Numbered from the stretch's first letter, positions 13,781-28,051 are shown. The stretch is 64,000 nucleotides of DNA from the human T2T-CHM13v2.0 reference genome, Homo sapiens (GCF_009914755.1 NC_060937.1), one strand, 5' to 3'. The notes: generated by a model from the sequence alone, not told the origin. Translations and numbers: made by a program.

Positions 13781-14080
13781 GGCTGGGTGCGGTGGCTCAT
13801 GCCTGTAATCCCAGCACTTTGGGAGATAGAGGCGGGCAGATCACCAGAGGTCAGGAGTTCGAGACCAGCCTGGCCAACATGGCAAAACTCTTTCTCTACT
13901 AAAAAATGCAAAAATTAGTTGGGTGTAGTGGTGCACGCCTGTAATCTCAGTTACTCAGGAGGCTGAGGCTGGAGAGTCACTTGAACCTGGGAGGCAGAGG
14001 TTGCAGAGAGCCAAGATCATGCCACTGCACTCTAGCCTGGGAGACAGAGTGAGACTCTGTCTCAAAAAAAAAAAAAAAAA
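13781..14080 (+). mobile_element. Alu (AluSx/Sz-like)
   Basis: Full dimer with poly-A tail. Confidence 0.95.
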
Positions 14081-17000
14081 CAACAACCCATAACCATTGT
14101 AAGAAATCAAGAAAACCTATTTACTTTACAGCATGTGGACTTCAGTGCAGCCTTACCATACGAATTGGGTAGATTCAGTAACCATTGTTAGCTGATTTAA
14201 AAACATAAGGCAGACAGTTTGGAGATCACAGGCAGGATTACTTAGTGTTCAGTGCCTTTCTCAAAGTTGCATTAGTTGAAAGTAAAAATCAACCGACAAG
14301 CTACACACCACATAACATAAACATCCAAAGTCGTCCTTCTTTCCAAACCACTCAGCCAGTCCTGGCACTTAACTGGTGAATTAACTGCCTGCTCCATTTT
14401 TACAAACGCAGGAAGGACGTTATGAACCTGGGACTCAGCCGCCACACCTCCATAGAGCTGTGTTTCGTTGAAAGGATATGTCAGGAGTCTAGACACAGTA
14501 TGTGGATAAATATGGGAGAGATTGTTTCAAACCCTAAAGAATTGAATCAAACAGTAAATGGATTAAAGAACCTCAAGCCCCATACTGTGGCACTGCCCCT
14601 TCAGGCCAGCAGCATCCAGGGAGTCGGCCAGAAGCACAGACGTGACTCCACGAGGGCCCTGATCCCAAGGTTTGACAGGGAAGGCTGGCTCCTTCTCCCT
14701 GAGGCCTGTGACAGTGAGGAAGGAAAAACATTCCCAGACCAGGACTTGTTCAAATGAAGAGCTCCTTAAATACACCCTGCAGTGATGGCCCCAGGACACA
14801 ATGGCAGAAAATCCTGCTGTAAGGAGTTACAGTGCACAAGGTCACCAATCTGGGGCACCCAGTTTTCGGATATAGGAAAAGTCTGCTCAAACCAGAATAG
14901 GACTGAACTCCAAACAGCGGCTAAAATAAATAAATAAATATGGACTTGTGTAGCCCCAAGTAACCCAACATCAGACAGGAAGGAAATGAGAAAGGCAGGT
15001 CCATGTAGAAGCTTTCTAATACATTTGGTGGAGTATTTTTAGTACTTAATTAATATGGGCAGTATCGCCATGAGACCAGCGATGATAAGATTTTATAATT
15101 CTCAATTTAACCATGGAATGCACTGAGGACCAGAGCCAGATTAACTGATTTCTACAAGTTTCTCACTGAGTCAGCACTACAGCCAGAAATAGAAATGAGG
15201 TCAGCCTCCACCATAGTCCCTGTTTTTTCTGGGTCACTAGAGCAAGCCGGTTCCCAGCAGAACATCAAACAATTCACCAACTTCATGTCAGCCCAAGGTA
15301 CCGACCCTTCTATGTCCATTTCACAGATAGGGAAATTAAGATTCCGATGCTTAACTGACTTGTCGTACGTCACTGGGTGACCCCTCGTGCTGCTGGGAAC
15401 AGAACACAGAAATCCAAATTCCCAGACCTTGCTTTTACCGCAAGAACACATTCTTTCCCAAATGTCACCAGAAAGTTTAAGCAATCTGTGTATCCCCAGA
15501 GCTTTGAAATGAAGGAGCTAAGAAGGAAGTGACTCCTCCATGGACATGGTTCTTGCCATTCCCCACATATTTTTTTAACGTTCTTAATCTTTTGTCCAGA
15601 TAAAAGTGCACACGAATAATCTAATACTCTGTACCCTGTCCAAGGTTATTATGGGAACCAGAGCAGAGCAAACGGACAGAATAAGCACTTAAACAGCTAT
15701 ACAGTTAGCTGGCGACCAGCATGCAGTATGGGGCCAAATTATTCCTCCAAGATTTTAGCACATTTCCACCAGGATTGTAAGAAGAGCAAAGAGCTGGACA
15801 TGTTGTGCAAAGGTTATTGGAGCTAGCAGGGTCCAAGCCAGACTTTGCAGCTGCAACTGGCAATGCTACTAACGTGACCACAGTGACCCCCCACTTCCAC
15901 TGGAGCTCAAGGCAGAATGTGCACAGTTAGAGTCAGGGAGCAACAGGACCCTCGATCATCTGTTTCCCATGGTGTGCTCAAGGCAAGGTCCAAAAATCCA
16001 TGGCGGCCACAGACTTCATGTCAGGCAAAAATGAAAACCACAACCATTGTCTGTCACAGCAAAGACTATTTAAAATGGAAGAAAGAAACGAGAAACTTGA
16101 AAAATACTACACAGAAAGTTTTCGTGCAGCTGAACCTTGTGCTCTCATTCCTGAACATCAGTGCAATGCAGAGCACTGATCAAAAAAGGAAAATCATACG
16201 CCAAAGCCGGAGATGACTACTGCTGTGTCCCCAAATGATGAAATTCAGAATTTGTGGAGGGAGAACAAAGTGCCATTGTCTATAAAGATGAAAGAATACA
16301 ACATGGAGAATAATCTTAGCACCAAAATTAGGCATTGTAAATTAGGCATGAAATAGGGTTTCATGCATGGAGCAACTTAAAATTCTTGCTTAATGCATTA
16401 TCTAAAGCAAGCATATACTTTTTAAAAAATCCTTAAAATGCGTGGATAGAAAGTCATTTTATAATACCCAATTATTTCCCTTCCTCTTCCAATGCTTGTA
16501 GAAACAAGTTCATGATTCAGGAAAGCAAATACTCTAATAAGCTTCCGTCATAGCTAAGTCAGAAATTCAAATACAAATCAAATACCCAGGACAGCTGAAG
16601 TTAAAATAGCATGAAGCTTCTAAATGTGGGGGGAAAATATAATTACCAACAACAAAAACTGATGTTAACACAAAATATACCTAGAATAAGCAGTCATCAA
16701 AATTCTTACTGTCAAAGGCCCTATGACACCTGTTTCAGTGGCTGACATGGAATCCATATCTTTAAATCAAAATTTTAATGGATTTTTCCAATCTGAAATA
16801 TTAGGATCACGGATCTTCACAATGGACTGAAGCACACACAGAGATGCTGCCAGCTCTCAGGGGCTTCCTCTACGCACGGAATGAGTACGGGTACCGGGTT
16901 TGGTACTGAGCACTGAGTGTACTGGGTATGGCAGCCTCCATGTGCTGGGTGCATCCAAGGGAAACAAGCAATGCTTATCAGGGAAACTGCAATTCCTTCT

Positions 17001-17662
17001 CCACCTCAACCCTGTAACTTCTTCACAGGCAATGAAATTGTTTTATTCATTCATGGTGTTTGAATTCAATAAAATGTCATGGGATGCTGAACTAGCCAAT
17101 TGCATAACATGACGCTCAGCATGAGGTAGGATTCCACATACGAATCCTAAAAACTTTAAGAGGTAGTGAAAGGTTACTGGGCAGGACAGGACCCCCGTCG
17201 CCTTTGCAGTCCAAGCATTCTAGGCACCATTCCAGACTGGCTGGAGTCCGCAGCAGTGGCTGAGAGGTGCAGGGCAAGCTGCGTTCGGGACCACGATGGC
17301 CCTGCTGCTGCTTTCTGTCATCTAGCGCCTCGAGATTTCCATTTACGAGCAGACTGCAAATCATTCAGGGAATGAAAGCCCTCACATTTGAAGCCAGAGC
17401 TCACCAAGTATCCAGTGAAAGGGAAATGATGTCAAGGATGGGTCACAGTCAGTGGGTGACTGCAGAACTCTTTCCGAAATTCCACAAGGCCAACTCCTTG
17501 AGCCCAACCACCATCAGAAGAGACATCAGAAGAGACATCTGCAGGACCATTTCCTGAATGCCGCCGCTGGGAAAGGGGTGGGAAGGCTGCGGTGGGTGCC
17601 GCGGGGTCATGGAAAACTCTGTGGCGAGGCCCCGCCGGGAGCTCCCTCCACACCATGAGGCT

Positions 17663-17670
17663 TGACGTCA
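17663..17670. promoter_or_regulatory. Palindromic CRE (TGACGTCA) in a CpG-rich patch
   Basis: Exact motif; 17555-17660 is GC/CpG-rich. Function untested. Confidence 0.35.
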
Positions 17671-18162
17671 GGGCAGGAATACTGCCACCACAGTTTGAGG
17701 GGGGACAGATGCAAGGAGATCCCCTAGAGGGTCTGCTTTCCCTAAGAGGAAGGCGTGAGTGCTCACTCTCCTTTGCTCTATGAGACATACAACTGAACTC
17801 TTAAAAGGATGTATATGTGTTCACTAGAAGTATGTGAATGAAATTTAACAGTGTGGATTGTTGCACTTAGCAGCTACATTTATCATTACTATTATTTCTT
17901 GCATTTAAATATTTAACATTAAAGCGGCAAAGATTAAACCAATCATGCATAAAAAGCGTGGCTGCAAATCTGTATCTTCTTCCCGAAATTCTCATTTTCT
18001 CCCTCCAGCCCAGACGTCTAGCTTGAGACAGTGAATATCAGGAAATGTGTGCAGTGGCCCTCCATCAACTATGTGGGTATACGCAAGAGCTTGAGCAGCA
18101 CATACAGACGCACCTCAGCTTATGATGGGGTATGTCCCAATAAGCCCATTGTAAGTTGAAAA

Positions 18163-18511
18163 TATATATATATATGTATATATATATATATGTGTATATA
18201 TATGTATATATATGTATATATATGTATATACATATGTGTATATATATGTGTGTATATATATGTATATACATATGTGTATATATGCGTATATATGTATATA
18301 TATGCGTATATATGTGTATATATGTATATATGTGTATATGTGTATATATATGTATATATGTATATATGTGTATATATGTGTATATATGTGTGTATATATA
18401 TGTATATATATGTGTGTATATATATGTATATATATGTGTGTATATATATGTATATATATGTGTGTGTATATATACACATACATACATATACATATATATA
18501 TATATATATAT
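18163..18511. repeat. (TA)n/(TG)n compound microsatellite, ~350 bp
   Basis: Essentially uninterrupted purine-pyrimidine alternation. Confidence 0.97.
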
Positions 18512-18763
18512 TTGAGGCAGGGTCTCACTCTGTCACTGAGGCTGGATTGCAGTGTTACTATCTTGGCTCACTGCAACCTCAGCCTCCGCAGTAGCTGGGA
18601 TTATAGTAGTGTGCCACCATGCGCCGCTAATTTTTGTATTTTTAGTAGAGACGGGGTTTCGCCATGTTGGCCAGGCTGGTCTTGAACTCCTAACCTCATG
18701 TGATTTGTCCGCCTTGTCCTCCTAAAGTGCTGGAATTACAGGCGTGAGCTACTGCACCCAGCC
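18512..18763 (-). mobile_element. Alu with an internal ~30 bp deletion
   Basis: Antisense Alu; gcaacctcagcctccgcagtagc skips the gggttcaagcgattctcctg segment. Confidence 0.9.
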
Positions 18764-20918
18764 CAATAGAAAATATTTTTAACTCAAAAACACATTTAAT
18801 ACACCTAACCTACCCAACATCATAGCTTAGCCTAGCCATCCTTAAACATGCTCAGAAAACTTAAACACTGGCCTACGTTAGGCAAAATGGTCTAACACAA
18901 AGCCTGTTTTATAATAAAGTGTTTAATATCTTGTGTAATTTATCAAATTCTGTATCAAAAGTGAAAACCAGAACGGCTTGTGGCTCCTGACTGGCATTGC
19001 AAGAGTTGCCTATCGCACAATGCTAGCCCAGGAAAAGATCAAAATTCAAAGTTTTTATCTTTTGAATTTTGATCTTTCAAAATCCATGACTTTCAGATAT
19101 CATGAGAGCTGTTCTATTTCTAGGAGACTTCGGGACTTGTCCTGCCTCTTCTAAAGCACGTGGGGTTGTTTGGGCAAGTTCCTCATTTCATGGGCCTCCA
19201 CCGTCCTCCTTCTGACTATCATTAGCTTGGTTCTGACTACTCCCAAGGCTGCCGATGATGGAGATGAGCAAATCTGTATGAAGAATGGGAGAGAACTCAG
19301 TGCTGGAGTCTCCTGGCCGAAAGAACAGTGGCTGGGGTCTGAGGGGTGGGAGCTGGGCTGGATAAACTAGAAGTGAAAATGCCTTCCTCCGTATGGCCAA
19401 GCCTGGACTACAACTTTTATACTGGACTTCTGGCCCCAGGATTCTTGAGTGGAAAATCCCAAGCCCTCACGATAAGGTCCATGTGATGAAGAAGGTCCAC
19501 CCTGTGCTCAGCGAAAGCCTGCCTGCAGCTATAGCATTTAATGCAGAATTGTCTCCAGGTGTCCATGTTCAAGGAGAGATTTCTATTGGACAAATCCTGA
19601 TGTTGAAACATTATCTGAGCCCATGATGAATTCTGGCACAATTCTAGGCTCAAGTATTCTAATATGAATTTTAACATTCACTATGAAGTTGACTGACAGA
19701 GCTGAACACTCAAGTCATATGTAATCCAAAGCTACAAGGCGATGGTTACAAAGGAGATGCACAGTGAATATTTCTGATAGATCCACATTTACAAAGAAAT
19801 AAAACCATAGATATTTTCTGATCCATGAAAATCCACTTTGCACATCAGCTTAAAAGAAAAAAATGAATTAAAAAGAGTCCTTCAGAAAATACTTTCTAAA
19901 GAACTATCATTCAACACAAGAATAACTCAAGGGGGCCCTCAGTATGGTCTTCTTATAAACAATTTAAAAGTTCCCCGAAAGCCATCCAAAAGCAAACAAA
20001 CCATCTGACGTCCCCGATCCAGTAAAAATGTTCTAGGAGAACTGAGTGCTGATAAATTACTGGCAGCCAAAAAAAATCTTAAAAATTTCCAAAGGTCTTT
20101 AAATCTTACCAAAGTTCCAGACATTTGTCCATGATGAAAGTGGAGACTCACTCATGGAAGCGCACAGTAAAGCTGTGAGCAGCAGCAAAGGTCTCCAGAG
20201 GCAACTATTATCTTCAAGAGTTTTTTCTTATCTTTTTTCAGAAAAAACAGTCCAAAATGCTCTCATTAATTCTTACTCCAAAGCAGTACTCCGTTTCAAA
20301 TATTGTTAAACAGAACCATTTTAAGTCAGTCCCCCAGAGCAGTCAGATTTCCACGTTGGAAAGGAAGAAAAATATGATGATGATCTTTTTCCAAAGGCTT
20401 GTGAACCTGCTCAGTCAGATTCCACGTGTGCCTGCGCTCAGGCAGCGCGTCTGTCATCAACAGCTTAATTCCGTTTTCGCATCAAACCACACCAGCAGAC
20501 AGTGCGTTCTCTGGAAACACTTGTATTTTCCTGGCTCCGGGCTCCATCAACAACACATTCAAATGCCCATGTGAAGGGCCAAGCTCCTGGTCGGGGCGTC
20601 CGTAGACACCCACCCTTCATCCACCTCCAGGCACCTGCGACCCACACAGCAGCACCCCAGGGCCCTGGCACCCCTCAGCACATTCGAGAGCGCTGCCTCC
20701 GTGTGAAACAGGCACATTCACACCCTCCCCGGCGGGCCCTGGCACCTCAGACACACCCATGGGATCTCAGCCAAGCACCCCCTTGTTGAAGAAGTACTCA
20801 GACACTGAATGATCTGGAGAAAACCCAAACTCTGGCAGACAGTGGATCCAGCCCGTGACAGGCCCGGGCGGAGGAACCAACGGCCTCAATCAGGGCTTGG
20901 GTGAGGAGTCTCCGTGGG

Positions 20919-20947
20919 CTGCAGCTGCTCGCCACTAGAGGGAGCTC
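20919..20947 (+). promoter_or_regulatory. CTCF-binding motif (core plus upstream CTGCAG module)
   Basis: ctgcagctgcTCGCCACTAGAGGGAGCTC closely matches CCAC(C/T)AG(G/A)GGGCGC. Confidence 0.7.
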
Positions 20948-21017
20948 TGGGACTATACATTTTCCCCCAAATAAACTAAACCTCCCTGGTGGACCTTAAA
21001 GAATTAAGGCTTTTTCA

Positions 21018-21327
<310 letters not shown>

Positions 21328-22816
21328 TTAAGGCTTTTTCCTAAATATTCATTGTAGTAATATATTACTATTAAAATATTAAATATTCAGTGCCATTGAA
21401 CACATTCTGTGGGCGGAGTGAGAGAAATCACTTTGATATGGCCTAAAAGAACTCTATGGTAAATATTTTTAATTAGGATTCAAAATTTAATTAAAATTAA
21501 ATATAAAAACTAGTAACCTGAATATCGAGGCTATTGCGTTACAGGTAAATGCGGTCAGCCTATAAATAATGAGAATGATGGATATTTTCTGGATAGCATT
21601 TTCACATCCATTTTATAAATTGGGAGAGTATTTGAATCTAATGACAATACAGAAAAAATAGCAAATTCAATTTTTAAAATAGCTGTATGGAAATAGAAAA
21701 TACTGAAAAAATTACATTCTACAAAGCATGCATAAAATAGATACAAATGTAATCACAGGGAGGTCTCTAAGAAACCACTGCTAAACATCCCACTGCCAGT
21801 AAAACTTATGTAAAGGTTCTTCTTTGGTCTTCTTCCACTATAAGTTTATAGAAAACTTATGCATTAAGGTAATTTAGTCCATTCTCCTGAGTTTTGCCAA
21901 TTCTAAAAGAAAAAAAAATCTATCCAGTTTTTTGGATCCCAAAAAAGATGATAACATTCTCTCCTTTGCTTAACCTATCAGCATGAACACTCATTAAAAC
22001 CAAAATCACAGATGCCTCTTTCTAAACCTACTACCTAACATTCTGTTTCTCAAATATATATTTTTAAAAATATCTTCAAAACGAGAAAAACAGTACAGAA
22101 AACAAGTGTTATGCTACAGGATTGGAACCTCACTTGCTGCAGCTATGGACGGTGTGGATGGTTGTGCATGTTGCACACTGCAGCAATCAGAGGCCAAAAT
22201 CAGCCACCGAAGCTAGGTGTTGGCACAGCAGGAGGCCTTTATCTAATATGACAAAGCTGGAAAAAGCCCAGTGGTAGCAAAACCATCCTCCAAATAAGTT
22301 GCACAGAGCTCTCTGGGGGTTCCTGCCTGGGTGACACCCCAAGGATGGCAGGACACACCAAGCAAGAGGCAGCCTCCGTGTAGACTTTAGAGGCTTGGTA
22401 CTGACCTGCCAAGAGTTGGGAAGCCAACTGAGGAATGTCCCTCAAGAGAGCCCTAACCCAGGGCAGGGGCTGAAATGCCCAGTCACCACTGCCAACACTT
22501 TGGTTAACTTTTGGTTTTGGATTTTACTTACTCCATTAAAAAAAATATATATGGAATACTATCCTCAAAGACCTAGAAATGCACATGGCATAAATGAATG
22601 CTTCCAACTTGAGCTCCAGCCATTGCAGGAATGATCACACTTAGGAGGTGCTGAGAGTCTGCACATGAAATCACGCCTCTGCTCACCAGCACAACCGTCT
22701 TTTTTTTTGAAGTTCCATGAAATTTATCACAATTCTAGGTCATGACTTAGTTAAAAGATTTGGGGTAAGAAGAAAGACTGCAGGAACATAAATAATTGAT
22801 AACAAAATATCAGTAA

Positions 22817-23148
<332 letters not shown>

Positions 23149-23808
23149 TAATTTTTTTTCTTATAAAGACACTTTGCTTTATTTTCATTAGCTCCAAAGC
23201 AAGGCCCCTGAGGGTTCGAAAGACGTGTTCTACATTAACAGAAATGTTGAAAAATGCCAATTAGTGCCTAAGTACTTAGACAGCCGAGGATGTTATTAAC
23301 GTGAACTTAATAATGTATGTGGGTGTGGGGCAGCGTTGTGGAACAAAACGAGGACACAGCAAAGGCAGGAAACACCACAAGGTAGGTGATGGATTTTTTT
23401 TTTCTTTTTTTGGTCTGTGATAAAAGTAAACTTGAAAATTGCAGATGAAATACTCTGAAGATAAGAATTATAGTTAATAATACAAAAGCATGCAAGACAG
23501 TCTTCAGGTTTAAACCTTGAGAGAATTGCTCATTGGCAATTAAGAAAAACCTTTCTTTTTTTTTTCCTTAAAAATGTGTTAGATATAATTATTTATCAAA
23601 ATTGGGTTTTACAGGTGCCCTGCCAGGGGACATCCAGGGTCCCCATCCTCTGAGTGGTTCCGTAGTCCCTGCGGTTCCCTTGCCAGGGTGTGCAGAGCCG
23701 CGTACATAGCACCTCCAGGAGATGCTGGAACCCAGCAGGCAGTGACTGGCATTCCCTCTCGTTCCCTCCCCCCAGCACTTCGAACAGATGGCACAGGGTA
23801 GGTACTCA

Positions 23809-24287
<479 letters not shown>

Positions 24288-25912
24288 TCATGCTCTCTCT
24301 TCAGTCACTGCATGGATGGGCAAAGAACCTAAGCCTGGAATTCTGGTGCTGGCTCCAGCGCCAACCCCTGGGACGCTCTGAAAATCAGCTTTGCCATCAT
24401 CTGTAAGTCAGGGATGACTCCACCTGCCTGGCTTACCTGGCAGCATTATTTTAAAAATCAAACGTGCTCAAGTATTCAGTTAAATGCTGTACAAATGGTT
24501 CTGAAAGAAACTGGTCTGACTTTACTGCTTTTTAAACACGTAAATATTTTGTGTTTATTCTCACGATTTCTATGTCCAACAAGCCAGCTGCATTTCCTCT
24601 GAAGCCACAGAATGTTTTAAAAGAGAATGAAAAGGCCACACTGCTAGTGTTCCCACAAGTCATGACCCAGGAAGTATCTCATTCCTGTTTTTGTGGCTAA
24701 GACAGACATAAGAAAATTGGAATTTCTTGAGTATTTAAAAAAGATGACAGTTTCAAGAAACTCCCCCCTTTATCTTATACTCAAGGTTTTGTGTTTTTTC
24801 CTTAATAAATATCTCTGGAATTCAGGCAGTTCAAGCATAGAACATTCCATTTATTCTGTCAGGTCAGCCTGGGTCTTAGTAAAGCCACCACACTCCTCCA
24901 TGGTTAGCCTGGAAGTAGCTAACGACATACACCGGTCTGAAATCCCCAGATTACTTCCTTACCCCCAAGCAAGTTACTTGTCTGTATCTTATCACTGATA
25001 ACATTTTCCCCCAGCATGCTGCAATAATTTCAATACTCCATTAATCATACTTGGAATCTAAGAGATAAGAACAGTTCCCTTGACTCCCAGATATACAATT
25101 GCCAGGTTAAAACTAGACAAACCAACTTTGCCCATAGAATACAAGGTAATCTCAGCAGAGCTGGAGGTTTTACAAAACCCACTATCAGCCTAACCTCATT
25201 AATTTGAAAAAACAGTAGTGAGATCAATCTAAATTAATAAATAACTGAATTTTAATCTCTTTTAAGTAAACACCATTAATTCCTTTAAAACATATACAGT
25301 CACCCAAAGAAAGAAATTAAGCCAACATCTTGAAGTTTTTTCTTTTGTGTTTTGCTTAAAATCTTGGTTTTAAAACTGAATAGATAAGAAAAGCATATAA
25401 TTGCAAACTCAATGCAAAATACCAGTGCTTAATTAAGACAATAAATAGCTACTTCATAAATACTTAAAAATGGTCTTCCCTGAGCTGCTAATCTCTCTTC
25501 ACCTCAATGCTCTTCATAAAGTTGGCAAGCCTGTTTTCAAAAGATAATATGGAGATATATTTCAATCCAAGGTGTGGCCCAATTATTTAAAAATTTCTAT
25601 CAGTAAGATCTTATTTAATGCCATTTTCACTATGCCTACTTTGTAGACGTTTTAAAGATTAAACTTACAGTATCATTTCCTGCCTTTTTTTCTTAACTAC
25701 TTAATGTCAATAGACTAAAATATTGAGATCTTTGGCTAGAAACTAAGATGTGGAAACAGACCAACTGGGTTACAGTTTGCAAATTATGAGGTATAAACTT
25801 TCTAATAAAAATAGATTGTAGAGTATATAAACATGTTACACTTTCCCACGTATATGGACTTTTTTTTAAGTTACATCAATTGGGCGATAGATGACCAAGT
25901 ATGGGTACGGTA

Positions 25913-25913
<1 letters not shown>

Positions 25914-25959
<46 letters not shown>

Positions 25960-26027
25960 ACAAACACAGAATCAGAAAGAGAGAGAGAAACGAAGAGACA
26001 GAGACAGAGAGACATAAAGAGAGAGAA
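25914..26027. repeat. (CA)n followed by degenerate (GA)n
   Basis: Direct reading. Confidence 0.95.
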
Positions 26028-28051
26028 GCTTCACTAAGAGGCAGGTTGGGGGCACCTGGTTCCCACGCCCCCAGACCTCCCACTCCCAGGGTCTGAGGTC
26101 TGGGACACATCACTGAGGCAATTTGTCTTTGGCAAGAGAGGGCCAGTCAGCCATGCACCCTGAAATGGCCTTCCCTTGATTCCCAAATATACAATTGCCA
26201 ACTTGGTGGAAACTGAGCTCTCATGGGAATTCTAAACCTACAGGTGCCCACCCTTGGTTCTCCACAGGGAGAATCAGCACGTTCTGTGAAGAAACAGGGA
26301 AAGCAGTCATCTTTTTAACAACTATTTGATATTCCACATAAATATCCTGCCGTGGGTTAGGCCCAGAATTTTGGGATAACAAATCAGGCAAGGACAGGGA
26401 GGCAGCCCTGTCTCGGGTCTCCGGGGAGGCCCGCTGTGGAGGAGCTGATCCCAGAGCCCTTCCTGGTCCCTGCGGTCCCTAAATACACCCTCCTGGGTGG
26501 AGCTACACCTCGCTGCACACACAGTCCTCAGGTGCCCATTTGAACGTCACCCTCGCTGGGCAAGAGGTGCCCGGTGACAGGTGGGAAAGGGATGCACAGG
26601 GACATACACGCGCCTTACAGGACTCAGGAAGCGCAGCTGGGCGGGACCATCGCGGAGCACCTGCCAAGCCACGTGCTTCTGCAGTAAAATCACCCACATG
26701 CTTCCAGAGCTGACACCCCGCTATCAAGCACAGGATGCCCCTGAGGAGTGGTGGTGCGGGGGCGGGGGGGGGGTCTACATCAGGAACAAAATATTGGACA
26801 GGATGGAAAAGAACATGTGTGTTCTTCTCTGTCACTGGGTGAAGCAGATTCCTTTAAAAATCCAATTTTGAAGGGCACATACTGAGTAGCTTCCGTGCAA
26901 GGCAAGTTTTTAATGACTACCCACTTCCGGGCCTGTCACTACCCACTTCTGGCCCGTCGCACCCAGCAGGCGGCTCCTGCGCCCCCTCCAAGTGGCAGGG
27001 AGAACAGGGAAGCCTTGGAAGGGAACACGTGACCCAGAATGCGAATGAGCAGCCTCCAGGCTGGGGGACTCTTCTTTGAAACACAGGGAAGACACACATT
27101 TAGGATTAACGATATAACTTCCTAAAGGCAAATGAGTGAGACAGGAAAGGAAACGGATGCTTATACCAACTCCCATGTTCCTAAATTATCATCTATTTCC
27201 CCCTCCCTTTGGGTTCACGGCCTTATCCAATAGGAAGCCCAAAGAAATGGCATCTGGTCAATTTTCTCTAGAGGAGGACAGAAATCAGAACAGCTAGTTA
27301 AGAAAGTCAGGCAAGATTTAAATAGAGTGACTTCAAGTACTAGCGTCCACTTCACATGCCCAGATAAAATGATTTTAGGAATAAAATATGGAGAATCAAA
27401 TTGATTAGCGAATGGAAAAAACCACAGACAGTGAGGAAAATGTAACAAAATTTCCCAGCTATGATTGCTTCAACTTGGAACGTGATTTTTCAGAAAAGAA
27501 AAAGGGGAGGAAAACCAGATGGCATTGGGGATTCCACAAACTTTGGTTTTCCCATCAGCAGATGTGAAGAGACAGGGAGGATGAAGGCACATTGGCTCAA
27601 TACTGCAGAGTCACCGCTCCCCTTTCCTCAGAATACATCACCGAAAACATAGCTGACACTGAGGAAATGTCTGCTTGTGAAGTAATCACCCATTATGGGC
27701 CTGATCTTCCTTCACTTCAAATGAGTGGACAGTTCTGACATGTACTGCATACCAAAGTTCTTTTCAGTAAAATAGCTTTTGCTCTAGAAAGGCCAGTAAC
27801 AGTAGAGTGTTGAAGTACCTCCAGCTTCACAGGAAAGATCTCAACTCAGAGGACACTAACATTTAGAAGGGTTTTAGAGGTCAGAGTCCCAACTCTTTCC
27901 TCTTAGGAGGTTTTCAACTTTAAATCTGAATGACTCGAATTTTTTCACATTGAGAAATTTCCAGCCAATTACACAGTTACTTAAACACAGCTGGGATGCA
28001 TTTTGTCGCCACACATCACTGTACGTGTCCTGCATCCCAGGATAATAAAAG

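Larger units (their letters stand above)
18105..19050 (+). mobile_element. MER47/Tigger5-like DNA transposon, interrupted by a microsatellite and an Alu, 3'-truncated
   Basis: ta|cagacgcacctcagcttatgatggggt...gtaagttgaaaatat, resuming at ~18769 with catttaatacacctaacctacc.aacatcatagcttagcctagcc. Confidence 0.75.

Noticed and set aside
18065-18685. Six overlapping YIYT/VYIC ORFs
   Set aside because: Read-through of the (TA/TG)n microsatellite.
26975-27000. Possible reverse CTCF motif (gcgccccctccaagtggc)
   Set aside because: Spacing between CCAC and AGGGGGCGC is 3 nt too long.
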